Below, piece by piece: positions 27,201 through 35,200 of a stretch of DNA of 60,802 bases. Made by a program: the position numbers and the translations under genes. The stretch's first letter is position 1. Each line of letters opens with the position of its first letter. The notes beneath the pieces are model-generated. The model had not been told where the DNA came from and ran no database searches. It was given only the letters and a program-made list of their open reading frames with translations. Source of the DNA: Bacillota bacterium (GTDB lineage: Bacteria > Bacillota > Clostridia > Christensenellales > UBA1242); the NCBI GenBank assembly GCA_009787915.1, contig WQSK01000002.1:1-60802 (forward strand), given 5' to 3'.

Positions 27201-27821
27201 GCCGATTTGTTCGAGCAATTTACCTTTAACACCGCCAAAATCAAATACGCGATAAATGATGAGGACGATGGAAACGAGGACGACGAAAACGCTATTCCCG
27301 TTCAAAGGTTCCGAGGGAATGAAACGGTGTCTTTTGGTGCGATTGTAACAAACGTAGACCGAAAAGTCGCCAAAGCCTCGGGCAAAGAAATGGGAATTTT
27401 AAAGGTCGAAGATTTTTATGGCTCGATTGAATGTATGTTGTTTCCGAACCTATATATGCGTGTTAAGGAACTTGCCGTCAAAGACGCAGTTGTCAAAGTC
27501 ACGGGCAGGGTATCACGCCGAGAGGGCGAACAACCGACAATCTTGGCGGAGGATATATCTTTGTTACGACCAAACAATGCGGCATTGTCAAAAGAAGAAA
27601 TCACAAATCGCCGATTGTATCTTCGTTTTAATACAAAAGACATAAAATTAAATAACGAGGTTCAAAATATTTTGTCGGCGTACACTGGGGGTGTTACGGT
27701 GACGATTCGGTGTACTGCAACAAACGAGGCACTAAAACACCCTCTCACAGTGCGCGAATGCAACACCCTAAAATTTGAACTTGAAAACCTACTTGGTGCC
27801 GACAACATTCTTTTTAGATAA
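24216..27821 (+). CDS. dnaE: DNA polymerase III alpha subunit (DnaE type)
   Basis: MSFVHLHVHTEFSLLDGA (PHP domain), PDFDLDFC, STHAAGVII, FQLESGGM, ALFRPGP, FNKSHAACYAY, and a C-terminal OB-fold region. Confidence 0.95.
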   Translation: MSFVHLHVHTEFSLLDGAARISRLAKEARAKGMDACAITDHGNMYGAYRFYKAVKEFNKGATDRGEKPFKAIIGCEIYIVSDATKNIFSEHINHLVLLCKSNEGYINLCKINTSAWLDGFYKKPRIDFEFLKKHSKGLICLSACLAGPVAYLLKQGMTDEAKKMALLLKDIFGDDFYIEIQDNGMADQNEMNPKLIKLARELNIPLVATNDVHYLSREDADMQRALVCVTTKKFIDEPNDMLMETDEFYLKSPEEMKKNLGKIAPDAIENTVKIAEQCNCHPFGFQDLLPRFDVPDGGDKQKYFRKQIEAGLERLYGKPLSKAVKERYEMECHVITSQNYVDYFLVVADFMQYAKDNGIATGPGRGSGAGSIIAYALGITRLDPLKYNLLFERFLHLERPSMPDFDLDFCCNRRAEVIDYVINKYGAANVCQIITFGTLAAKAAIKDISRVFRMPYSEVDKLTKPIDIPQTEKPPFLPYIFGLKKLSKPLAEAPEKDHIAYNKESEKLARLKKPELIEAYKNNPEVKKVIDMALKVEGFPRNCSTHAAGVIICKEAIGTVTPLQRNGPDITSQYDMKEVEELGLLKMDFLGLITLTDIQGTINDIKKYTGKEIDMYSFKYDDQAVFKMITDGDTDGVFQLESGGMKRVLRDLKPDVFEDIIATVALFRPGPMSMIPDYCKNKHDPKLTTYEHPMLEPILRNTYGQIVYQEQVMDVFRVMGGYSLAQADMVRRAMGKKDPKLLAKQRDIFLQGNEKMKIKGAIANGVKSAVAKSIFEKMEKFSGYAFNKSHAACYAYIAYQTAWLKHYYYSYYMANVLNNRIGKWDDMIKYIASVRNRGLEILSPDINKSEIFFTVEGGNIRFGLAALKNVGEAVIESILKERRKKGDFKSFGDFCGRVDTEVLNKRCLESLILGGAFDGFGNTRSSLMAVYPNIAKLVTGEKKAATAGQVSMFGEISDQLKVEIPNVKEYDSEHKLKLEKEVVGIYLSGHPLASYADLFEQFTFNTAKIKYAINDEDDGNEDDENAIPVQRFRGNETVSFGAIVTNVDRKVAKASGKEMGILKVEDFYGSIECMLFPNLYMRVKELAVKDAVVKVTGRVSRREGEQPTILAEDISLLRPNNAALSKEEITNRRLYLRFNTKDIKLNNEVQNILSAYTGGVTVTIRCTATNEALKHPLTVRECNTLKFELENLLGADNILFR

Positions 27822-27832
27822 AATGTTTCGGG

Positions 27833-28524
27833 TCACGTGCGCGCCGCCGCCTTTTGCTTTCTTTCAAGCCGTATCCACTGGAACACCCCATAGATATCAA
27901 ACAGTATAAAGAACCCGCACATCACAACGAACGGGATTAACATCGTGTTTCCACCAAGCACCGCCAACAACCAAAGTATCCCCAACGTCAAATCGGTTGT
28001 TAGGAAAGCAAATTGGTTGAACTTCCAACGTCTTGTCAGGGTGTATTCGGCGAACAAGATTGAAACTATTGATAACGTGCTGACGACGAGTTCCGCGGTA
28101 TTAATTGCGCGGAGTAAAAAATATGTTCCGACGCCGATTATTGCAAGGGTTACCGCTACCCCCCCCATTCGCGCGCGGGCAAATTGTTCCGTACAACTAC
28201 GACCGTTTTATCGCCACTATCCCTGTGCCTAAGCCAATGAAAAATCCCATAGATATACAACGGAATAATCAATCCCCCGTAAATTATCATTTCTCCATAA
28301 TAATTTGTGGTGTAGGCAAGTGCCACATAGAAACTTAGATAAACAACGCCCACAAAGCGGTTTATGATTTTTGCTTTTGCCTGTAAAAATACCACACACA
28401 GACCCAATACGCAATTAACAATGACCAACCAGTTCGATTCAAAAACAATCGCCAAAGCAACAACCGTAATTTGTGCGGCCAAAAAAAGACACAAATCCCA
28501 AACCGTGAACCCAAGTTTTTTCAT
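27833..28524 (-). pseudogene. pnuC: PnuC-like nicotinamide riboside transporter split by a frameshift at a G8 tract
   Basis: Two ORFs (28156-28524 and 27833-28168) each carry PnuC-like halves (...IIYGGLIIPLYIYGIFHWLRH... and ...FFILFDIYGVFQWIRLERK). They overlap at gaaTGGGGGGGGtag (C8 on the plus strand, 28159-28166). One extra G would fuse them. Confidence 0.7.
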
Positions 28525-29459
28525 ACACTCACCAACGCAAGGGCGATACTGCACGCGATTATAATTGCAATCGGAATGATGGTGCTTGGGCGAATCTTTT
28601 CTTTCAGCAATACAACCCCCGCCAAAACAGTAAGCACAGTCGTAATTGTCAAAATAGCATCCAAAACGCCCAAGTTCATAACTATGGCAAGTGGCAAGAA
28701 AAACAACGCCGACGGTGAATCCATCAATCCGATACCAACAAGATTTTTATTAGTGAACGTGTCTTTCAAAGTACTTTTAATTGGCACGCGGAATATCAAA
28801 AGCGCGACAAAGCAAACCGCCACAGAGATACTGGACCGAAAAAAGTTAAACGTTGTTACGTGTACATCAAGATTGCCAACTATTTCACGCTTGGTAACTA
28901 TGTTTGCGGTTACACAGACCACCCACAAAAACAACCACAAAAGCCCAATTAAAAGTTCTTTGGATTTTAACTTGCAAGGCTCTTGCTTATACTGAAAGTA
29001 CCCTTTCATAATGCAGGCAAAAAATATAATGAGTACCAGTACAATCTCGGCGGTACCAACATTATCACCGAAAATCAACCATGATGCGCCAAGCAAAAAT
29101 ATCATACTCATTTGTGTGAATGGACTCGCTATTGAAATGGGCACATACTTTATCCCAAGCACCCACGTCACGATGCACAAAATCAAGAATACAACACTTA
29201 GTAAAATTAAACCCATTGACGCCCAGTTCACACCACGTAACACATCATCATGCACCGCAAACCCAACCCCGAACGCAATCGAAAAGACAATAAATGCCCA
29301 CATTATTTGGGCAAACAATGTGACCAAAGTTCCGCGATTGTTTAATTTATAAAACAACGAACTTGCCACACCCATGACAACAAGCGGTATCAATAAAAGA
29401 TAAATCACATTAAATTTTACAACAATGGGGTTGATTATCCAAATGATTTTGTGATACAA
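28521..29459 (-). CDS. EamA/DMT-superfamily transporter
   Basis: 312 aa with about 10 TM segments in two similar halves. The stop overlaps the pnuC ATG (ATGA). Confidence 0.65.
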   Translation of the reverse strand: MYHKIIWIINPIVVKFNVIYLLLIPLVVMGVASSLFYKLNNRGTLVTLFAQIMWAFIVFSIAFGVGFAVHDDVLRGVNWASMGLILLSVVFLILCIVTWVLGIKYVPISIASPFTQMSMIFLLGASWLIFGDNVGTAEIVLVLIIFFACIMKGYFQYKQEPCKLKSKELLIGLLWLFLWVVCVTANIVTKREIVGNLDVHVTTFNFFRSSISVAVCFVALLIFRVPIKSTLKDTFTNKNLVGIGLMDSPSALFFLPLAIVMNLGVLDAILTITTVLTVLAGVVLLKEKIRPSTIIPIAIIIACSIALALVSV

Positions 29460-29466
29460 TATAGGT

Positions 29467-30036
29467 ATGAATCAAAAGACAGTCCAAAGATACGAACACA
29501 TTGTAATTGCCGCCGACGCAATCCACAGGGGGGAAGTAAACACCCTTATCACGGCACTTGGTGACCTTGTGGGCAACGATTTTCAAACCGCATTCGAGAT
29601 GTGGGAATTTGCACTATTGAAAACGCCAGAGAAAGGCGCAGGTGACATCGTTACGCGTGGTTTGAATTTGTTTTTGAAAACCACAGAAGCCAAAACCCGC
29701 CAACTCTTTGCGGAAAGTAACCCCTTGCAAAAACTTGTTTATACATCGGTTTCGGCAAACCATAGTGACGTTGTTGATTTTCTCGGCAATTTTATTTTGT
29801 CAGGAAAACTTGACGTGGCGGAGGAGTGTCTTTCAAAACTGCGTGCCAACACAAACTTTGATTTCGGTGATGTTATGAAAACCGTGCTTGAATCTGTGTT
29901 TGCGCTTTATTGTGAAAAACACGATGTACGTGTTGCGGTGCTTAACAAAAAGCAAAAAACACTTTTGCAAAACTATATTGATAAAATCAAGGGTCCGAAC
30001 AAGGCACTCCTTACACAAAGGATGAAAGAAATTTGA
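29467..30036 (+). CDS. Hypothetical helical cytoplasmic protein (189 aa)
   Basis: No recognisable motif. The stop overlaps the TTG start of the next gene. Confidence 0.5.
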   Translation: MNQKTVQRYEHIVIAADAIHRGEVNTLITALGDLVGNDFQTAFEMWEFALLKTPEKGAGDIVTRGLNLFLKTTEAKTRQLFAESNPLQKLVYTSVSANHSDVVDFLGNFILSGKLDVAEECLSKLRANTNFDFGDVMKTVLESVFALYCEKHDVRVAVLNKKQKTLLQNYIDKIKGPNKALLTQRMKEI

Positions 30037-30635
30037 CCGCAATTGTCATAACAGTTTTTGGTGTTATCATAGTCGCGGTTATTGTTATTGCGGTCTTTTA
30101 TGTTTTGCACCACGAAAGAAAAGACAGAAATATTCGGAACCACGCCGAGGTCGAAACCAATGATATAAAAATCATGGCAGATTATATACGTAACAACCAA
30201 GCCAAGGAACAAGCCATGTTGGTTGCGAAACAAGAAAAACGTGACCTTATGAAACATCAACTTGATACTTTTAAGCAAACCAAAGAGGAACTAAAAGACA
30301 AACTTAAAAGCCAACTCGACGAACGCCAATGGGAACCACTTTCCTCAATCCTTAACAACGTTGATAAAGGCGGGGTGGGAATCTATGTTTTGTACAACCA
30401 GGACAAGGACAAATACTATGTCGGTCAAGCCAAACAAATATACAAACGAATCAAGGACCACTTTTTTGTGGAGGACATCGCGCTTGATTTTTTGGCAGGG
30501 GACAAGATAAGTTTCAAATATCTAACTGCAAACGAATTGGACGACAGTTATCGCCTCGACCACATTGAAAAAACGGGAATCGAAATTTACGAGGCAGGGA
30601 CAAAAGGCTATAACAAAACCGCGGGGAATATCTAA
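30033..30635 (+). CDS. Membrane-anchored coiled-coil protein with C-terminal GIY-YIG nuclease-like domain
   Basis: N-terminal helix TAIVITVFGVIIVAVIVIAVFYVL, a charged coiled-coil segment, then GVGIYVLYNQDKDKYYVGQAKQIYKRIKDH...IEKTGIEIYEAGTKGYNKTAGN (GIY...YVG...R..H...E...N pattern). Confidence 0.6.
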   Translation: MTAIVITVFGVIIVAVIVIAVFYVLHHERKDRNIRNHAEVETNDIKIMADYIRNNQAKEQAMLVAKQEKRDLMKHQLDTFKQTKEELKDKLKSQLDERQWEPLSSILNNVDKGGVGIYVLYNQDKDKYYVGQAKQIYKRIKDHFFVEDIALDFLAGDKISFKYLTANELDDSYRLDHIEKTGIEIYEAGTKGYNKTAGNI

Positions 30636-30733
30636 TACCCACGCACAAGGGATAGTTTATCCATACTAAAAGTATATGTTAAGACACCTTAACGACGCAA
30701 GTAAAAATGTTATACAACCACTACAATTTTATT

Positions 30734-30940
30734 ATGGATAACTTTCACAAAGTTTTGAAAGCGTTGCGTGAAGAAAGAGAACTTTCGCAAGACCAACTTG
30801 GCAAAGCCCTAGGTTACAAGTCACATTCTATAATTGCCCAGTGGGAAAGTGGCAGGATGTTTCCCGCAATTGAAAATTTGATTGCTATTGCCAATTTTTT
30901 TGGTGTGTCCATTGACTATTTGGTGGGCAGGGAAAAGTGA
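30734..30940 (+). CDS. XRE-family single-HTH regulator X6
   Basis: MDNFHKVLKALREERELSQDQLGKALGYKSHSIIAQWESGRMFPAIENLIAIANFFGVSIDYLVGREK. The palindrome ATACT-AAA-AGTAT lies upstream (about 30664-30676). Confidence 0.8.
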   Translation: MDNFHKVLKALREERELSQDQLGKALGYKSHSIIAQWESGRMFPAIENLIAIANFFGVSIDYLVGREK

Positions 30941-30991
30941 TTTCAAATTCCATTTGCTTGCCTTTAAATTCTTTGTCTAATATAATGCAAT

Positions 30992-31717
30992 ATGGCATTT
31001 GCAATTTTTGGTGACATTCACGGAAACCTAGAAGCCCTTGAGGCAATCCTCAACCACGCCCGCAAAAACAGGAAAATCAAAGAGATATACTTTTTGGGTG
31101 ACGCAATTACTTTTGGTCCAGACAGCAGTGCGTGTTTGAAACTCCTTGCAAAGCACAAGGTCAAATGCGTCGTGGGAAATCATGAGCAACGCGTAACCCG
31201 TTACGACAAGGCGGTAAAAACAATGACCTACGCCTCTAACGAGCACATGCAATATATCTTTGGGAGCCTCGACCGCGACGATTTGCGCTTTATAAAAACA
31301 ATGCCCCTGCAAATAAAGATTAACTACCGTGGTGCGAACGTTTTTTTTACGCACTATGTCACAGACAAAGACGGTGTCGTCAAAGACGATTACGAAGAAT
31401 TCACCGAATCACGCCTTAACAAAATGTTCGAGTACGCAAAAAGCGATGTTATATTTTTCGGTCACATCCATAAGCGCAAAATCATCATTGACGAAAACAA
31501 TAAAAGTTACGTCTGCGTTGGCCCAAGCGGTTGCGTTAAAGGCGACAAAACCTTTTACACATATTTCGAGGTCAACCGTGAAAGCGGGGATAGTCACTTT
31601 GATATCTATCGCGTCAATGTGCCGTTCAACCGCAAAAAGTTTGAGGACAAAATATATAACACCCCGCTCCCTGACAAAGAAAACTATGCACCCCATGTTT
31701 TTGGGATGACACTGTAA
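30992..31717 (+). CDS. Calcineurin-like metallophosphoesterase
   Basis: MAFAIFGDIHGNLEAL, YFLGDAITFGPD, VVGNHE, FFGHIH. Promoter TTGCCT-17-TATAAT (30958-30986) ends 5 nt before the ATG. Confidence 0.8.
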   Translation: MAFAIFGDIHGNLEALEAILNHARKNRKIKEIYFLGDAITFGPDSSACLKLLAKHKVKCVVGNHEQRVTRYDKAVKTMTYASNEHMQYIFGSLDRDDLRFIKTMPLQIKINYRGANVFFTHYVTDKDGVVKDDYEEFTESRLNKMFEYAKSDVIFFGHIHKRKIIIDENNKSYVCVGPSGCVKGDKTFYTYFEVNRESGDSHFDIYRVNVPFNRKKFEDKIYNTPLPDKENYAPHVFGMTL

Positions 31718-31729
31718 AATATTTTTCAA

Positions 31730-31912
31730 TCAAACAGAAAAAGTATCATCAATATCGTCTTCAGGATAATCGCCTGGTAGGCTCATTTCAACTGTCCTAA
31801 CAATTTGGTGCTTGTCTTCCACTTCATAAGACATACCAATGTCCAAATCGGCAAGTTCTTTCAATGTTTCTTCAACTACTGCACCTTCTCTGTTTTTTCC
31901 ATAATTTCTCAT
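31730..31912 (-). CDS. Possible small acidic protein (60 aa)
   Basis: MRNYGKNREGAVVEETLKELADLDIGMSYEVEDKHQIVRTVEMSLPGDYPEDDIDDTFSV, an internal start of track ORF 31730-31978. Confidence 0.3.
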   Translation of the reverse strand: MRNYGKNREGAVVEETLKELADLDIGMSYEVEDKHQIVRTVEMSLPGDYPEDDIDDTFSV

Positions 31913-31998
31913 GCAAAGAACGTACCACAAAAAACATGTTTTGTCAAGTGTATGAAAAATATCCCACTTGTCAAACATTTAGGTCAGGGAGGGGAAAC

Positions 31999-32622
31999 AT
32001 GCCAACATATAACCGATACAACAAAGCGCAAACAAAAGAACAAGACCTTACAAAAAGAAGAACTATCATAGCCTCGAGTGTCCTTGCATTGTTTGTGGCT
32101 GCGCTTGCGTCCACCGTGCTTGCCGTGACACTCTCCGCACCGAACAACAGACCCGAGGGTCCGCCAGTAGGAGGTCCTGACGAAGACTACGTTTCAACCG
32201 CCGTGGTTTTCAGGTCACCGATTAATGCTTTTACTTCTGTTCTTAAAGACTTCTCGAACCAACTAGAATGGAATGCTACAATGAATCGCTGGGAGTCACA
32301 TCGCTTAATGGCAATCGCGACCACAGCAGGTGAACCAGTCCTAGCAGTCTTCGGCGGAACAGTCACAAGTGTTCGCAACCACACTTTGTTTGGACGCCAA
32401 GTTATTGTTGAACACCGTGATGGGCTTAGAACCGTGTACAGCAACCTTGACCCGAACACCCAAGTAACCGAAGGGCAACGCGTTGAAAAAGGTCAGCAAC
32501 TTGGTCGCGTCGGAACAACCTCGAACGTAGAATTCATAGACACACCGCATCTTCGCTTTGAAGTTTTCAGTAACGACCGCCGTGTTAATCCAAATGACTG
32601 GATTGACTTCCAAGTTAAATAA
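31999..32622 (+). CDS. Membrane-anchored LytM/M23-domain protein with degenerate active-site motifs
   Basis: TM helix IIASSVLALFVAALASTVLAV, then an M23-like core (GEPVLAVFGGTVTSV...VIVEHRDGLRTVYSNL...GQRVEKGQQLGRVGTT...TPHLRFEVFSNDRRVNPNDWI). The usual HxxxD and HxH positions read differently (HLRFE instead of HLHFE). Confidence 0.7.
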   Translation: MPTYNRYNKAQTKEQDLTKRRTIIASSVLALFVAALASTVLAVTLSAPNNRPEGPPVGGPDEDYVSTAVVFRSPINAFTSVLKDFSNQLEWNATMNRWESHRLMAIATTAGEPVLAVFGGTVTSVRNHTLFGRQVIVEHRDGLRTVYSNLDPNTQVTEGQRVEKGQQLGRVGTTSNVEFIDTPHLRFEVFSNDRRVNPNDWIDFQVK

Positions 32623-32647
32623 CAGTTTTTGTTTAAACCACTTAGCC

Positions 32648-32685
32648 AAAAAGACCGCATTGACTTTGCGGTCTTTTTGTTTTTA
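32648..32685. terminator. Bidirectional intrinsic terminator between the M23 gene and uppP
   Basis: AAAAAGACCGCA-ttgactt-TGCGGTCTTTTTGTTTTT. GC-rich stem flanked by an A-run and a T-run. Confidence 0.6.
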
Positions 32686-33492
32686 CAAGACAAACAACGT
32701 AACGATACTTAATAAAACCAAATAAATACTGAACCACCAGAGTTTTACATTTTTGATGATTTTAAGCATGAACTTGATTGCAAATATCCCAGACACAAAC
32801 GCGGCGATAAACGCGATTGTTAACGGGAGCGGTTGAACATCCATAGGCGCACCGCCAGAGTTTATGACCTCGAAAACCAACGACGCGATGATAATCGGTA
32901 TAGACATCAAAAACGAATACTCGGCGGCGGTTTCTCTTTTTACCCCCGTAGCCATCAATGTTGATATCGTTGTACCGCTCCGTGAAAGCCCTGGGATTAC
33001 CGCCAAAAATTGTGTGAACCCAACTGCCATGGCGGACGGATAGGATATTCCCCCTTTTGTAAAGGGGGTCACGGTGTCATTGTTTTGTGCGGATTCTGGT
33101 CGGGGGTTTTTATTGTTTTTATCATCCAACATCGTTACCCCAAACAATATAATCGCCGTCAACATGAATGTTATAGGAAGCACCCGATAATTAAACGCGC
33201 TCTCCATGACTTCCCGAAACAACAATACAAACACGCACGTAATTATTGTGGATAAAACCAAACAGTAGTTCATCTTGTTAAATGGATTTTTGATTAAGTT
33301 CCATATTGTTTTTCTAAAAACAATAACAACCGCCAGCAATGTCGCCACGTGCAACAGTATTGTAAACAGCAAGATATCCTCTGGCAATCCAAAAATGCGT
33401 TGGAAAAGTATAAGGTGCCCGCTTGATGACACAGGCAAAAATTCTGTGAGTCCTTGAATAATTCCCAAAAATAGTGCTATCGCGTTTGACAT
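32683..33492 (-). CDS. uppP: Undecaprenyl-diphosphate phosphatase
   Basis: LGIIQGLTEFLPVSSSGHLIL and FLAVIPGLSRSGTTIS signature blocks. Confidence 0.9.
   Translation of the reverse strand: MSNAIALFLGIIQGLTEFLPVSSSGHLILFQRIFGLPEDILLFTILLHVATLLAVVIVFRKTIWNLIKNPFNKMNYCLVLSTIITCVFVLLFREVMESAFNYRVLPITFMLTAIILFGVTMLDDKNNKNPRPESAQNNDTVTPFTKGGISYPSAMAVGFTQFLAVIPGLSRSGTTISTLMATGVKRETAAEYSFLMSIPIIIASLVFEVINSGGAPMDVQPLPLTIAFIAAFVSGIFAIKFMLKIIKNVKLWWFSIYLVLLSIVTLFVL
33047..33113 (-). repeat. Copy of the GC-rich palindromic repeat inside the uppP reading frame
   Basis: The minus-strand sequence aataaaaaccccc...cgtgaccccctttacaaaagggggaat aligns with 8298-8365. The 27-nt core matches at 24 of 27 positions by hand alignment. 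It is translated as ...KNPRPESAQNNDTVTPFTKGGI.... Confidence 0.55.
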
Positions 33493-33524
33493 CTATAATA
33501 TTTATAGATAAAATATCCTTAGGT

Positions 33525-33806
33525 ATGACAGAAAACGAAAGAAGAATCAAAAAACGTGTGCAACTCATCGTGGGGGCCAGCATGTCGGTGTTTTTCGCAC
33601 TGGTGATAACCTTGGTTGTGCAACTGGCGGTTTTAGGGAACCAAAACTCTATGCGCAGAAATCTCGAGCGCACCCAAACCGCGCTGACACAACAAATTGC
33701 GCACGAGGAGCAAAATCTCCGCTATTACACGTCCGAAGCATTTATCCAAGAATGGCTTTTGCGCGAACTTGGTTACGGTCGTGAGGGTGCGCAACTTTTT
33801 AGATAA
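33525..33806 (+). CDS. FtsB/DivIC-type septum formation initiator
   Basis: One TM helix (LIVGASMSVFFALVITLVVQLAVL), a coiled coil, then SEAFIQEWLLRELGYGREGAQLF, typical of the DivIC/FtsB C-terminus. Confidence 0.6.
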   Translation: MTENERRIKKRVQLIVGASMSVFFALVITLVVQLAVLGNQNSMRRNLERTQTALTQQIAHEEQNLRYYTSEAFIQEWLLRELGYGREGAQLFR

Positions 33807-33807
33807 T

Positions 33808-34563
33808 ATGGCAAAAGTTATCGACCAACAAACCGACGATAAAATTCACCACGGACGGCGTGAAAAGTTAAGGGCGAGTTTCAAACGATATGGACTTGAA
33901 ACATTTAATGAAACACAGGTTTTGGAATACGCACTTGGTGTTGCAATACCGCGAATAGACACAAATCCAACAGCGCATAGGCTCATGGACGCGTTCGGGA
34001 GTTTAGACGGTGTGATATCGGCGAGTGCAGAAAAACTTGTTTCAATCCCAGGGGTTGGGGAACAGGCGGCCAGTTTTTTGCACTTTTTAAAACAGTTCAC
34101 AATCTATATGGCTGACGTAGACCGCAAAGACACCATAATAAAATCGTCATCCGATGCGCGTGCAATGCTTGTTGATTTAATGCAAAAATATGGGCATGAA
34201 TGCTTTGTTGTTTTGTGCCTCGACCGCAAAGGCAAAGTCATCCTTCACGACAAAATCCACGGCGACATTGACAAGGTCGAGATTGATGTTCGAAAAATCG
34301 CCGACATGGCAATGCGCGTAAATACGGCAAGCATCCTGTTCGCCCATAACCACCTCACGGGAACACCAAACCCGTCTGACGCAGACATGGATTTAACGCG
34401 ACTTATTGTAAACGTGTTGACCCCGCTTGGAATCGACGTAATGGACCACATCGTTTTTGCAGAGGACAAACACTATAGTTTCTTCGGCCAAGGAATCATT
34501 GACATATTCAAGCGTGAGCACAACGCTTTTGTTCAATCTCAGGATTACAAAGATGTTTTTTAG
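33808..34563 (+). CDS. radC: RadC-family JAB-domain protein
   Basis: GRREKLRASFKRYGLETFNETQVLEYALG, LVSIPGVGEQAASFL (HhH), ASILFAHNHLTGTPNPSDADMDLTRL (JAMM-like H-x-H...S..D). Confidence 0.85.
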   Translation: MAKVIDQQTDDKIHHGRREKLRASFKRYGLETFNETQVLEYALGVAIPRIDTNPTAHRLMDAFGSLDGVISASAEKLVSIPGVGEQAASFLHFLKQFTIYMADVDRKDTIIKSSSDARAMLVDLMQKYGHECFVVLCLDRKGKVILHDKIHGDIDKVEIDVRKIADMAMRVNTASILFAHNHLTGTPNPSDADMDLTRLIVNVLTPLGIDVMDHIVFAEDKHYSFFGQGIIDIFKREHNAFVQSQDYKDVF

Positions 34564-35024
34564 AATGACCCGAGTATCATCGGCCAACCCACGGTTGTTC
34601 TCCCCCCATTGACCGCGATTTGGAGGTTGACCCTTTGTCCCTCTGTGACAATAAATCTGTCGTTGCGGTTTGTGTGGGCAAGGGTACTACTTATACTCCC
34701 AATTTGTGACACTGAAACAACGTTTGCCCCGAACGTCCGCAAGATTGTATCCACATCTTTGTGTGACGTGGAAAACGATATAGACTCGCCGTCAATGCGC
34801 GTGAATTTCGCCCTTGCCCGCTCGGCGTCGCGCGGGTCAATCGAATATATAAACGCAAAACCTACACTTGCCACCGATTGAAACAATGGGCTTTCCACAA
34901 CTTCGGTTGAATAGATTCTAAAAATGCCCATGTCAGAGAGTTCCTCTAGGCGCACCCTGTTTGGTGTTGCCAAACCAATAATAACAAGTGCCAAACTTAA
35001 CGCAACAAAAATGGCGAACTTCAT
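34560..35024 (-). CDS. Hypothetical secreted protein
   Basis: Signal-like N-terminus MKFAIFVALSLALVIIGLATP. No domain recognised. Confidence 0.55.
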   Translation of the reverse strand: MKFAIFVALSLALVIIGLATPNRVRLEELSDMGIFRIYSTEVVESPLFQSVASVGFAFIYSIDPRDAERARAKFTRIDGESISFSTSHKDVDTILRTFGANVVSVSQIGSISSTLAHTNRNDRFIVTEGQRVNLQIAVNGGRTTVGWPMILGSF

Positions 35025-35044
35025 ACTTTGGTTATTGACAAAGA

Positions 35045-35053
35045 TGTGGATAA
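35045..35053. promoter_or_regulatory. Perfect DnaA box (TGTGGATAA)
   Basis: Exact 9-mer in the divergent intergenic region 35025-35200. Confidence 0.4.
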
Positions 35054-35100
35054 CTGTAAATCATAAAAACAAAAATTCCCAAGAAATTCCCCGAAAACCC

Positions 35101-35138
35101 TTGACATAGACGACGACGACGACGACGTACACTATACT
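35101..35138 (+). promoter_or_regulatory. Promoter-like TTGACA ... TATACT pair separated by a 26-nt spacer containing (GAC)6
   Basis: TTGACA 35101-35106, GAC x6 at 35109-35126, TATACT 35133-35138. Downstream are AGGAGG and ATG 35201. Confidence 0.4.
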
Positions 35139-35200
35139 TGTCCGAAAAAATGGGGAAAACTCGTTTTTGTGGAAAAACAAAACATAGGAGGACGATACAA

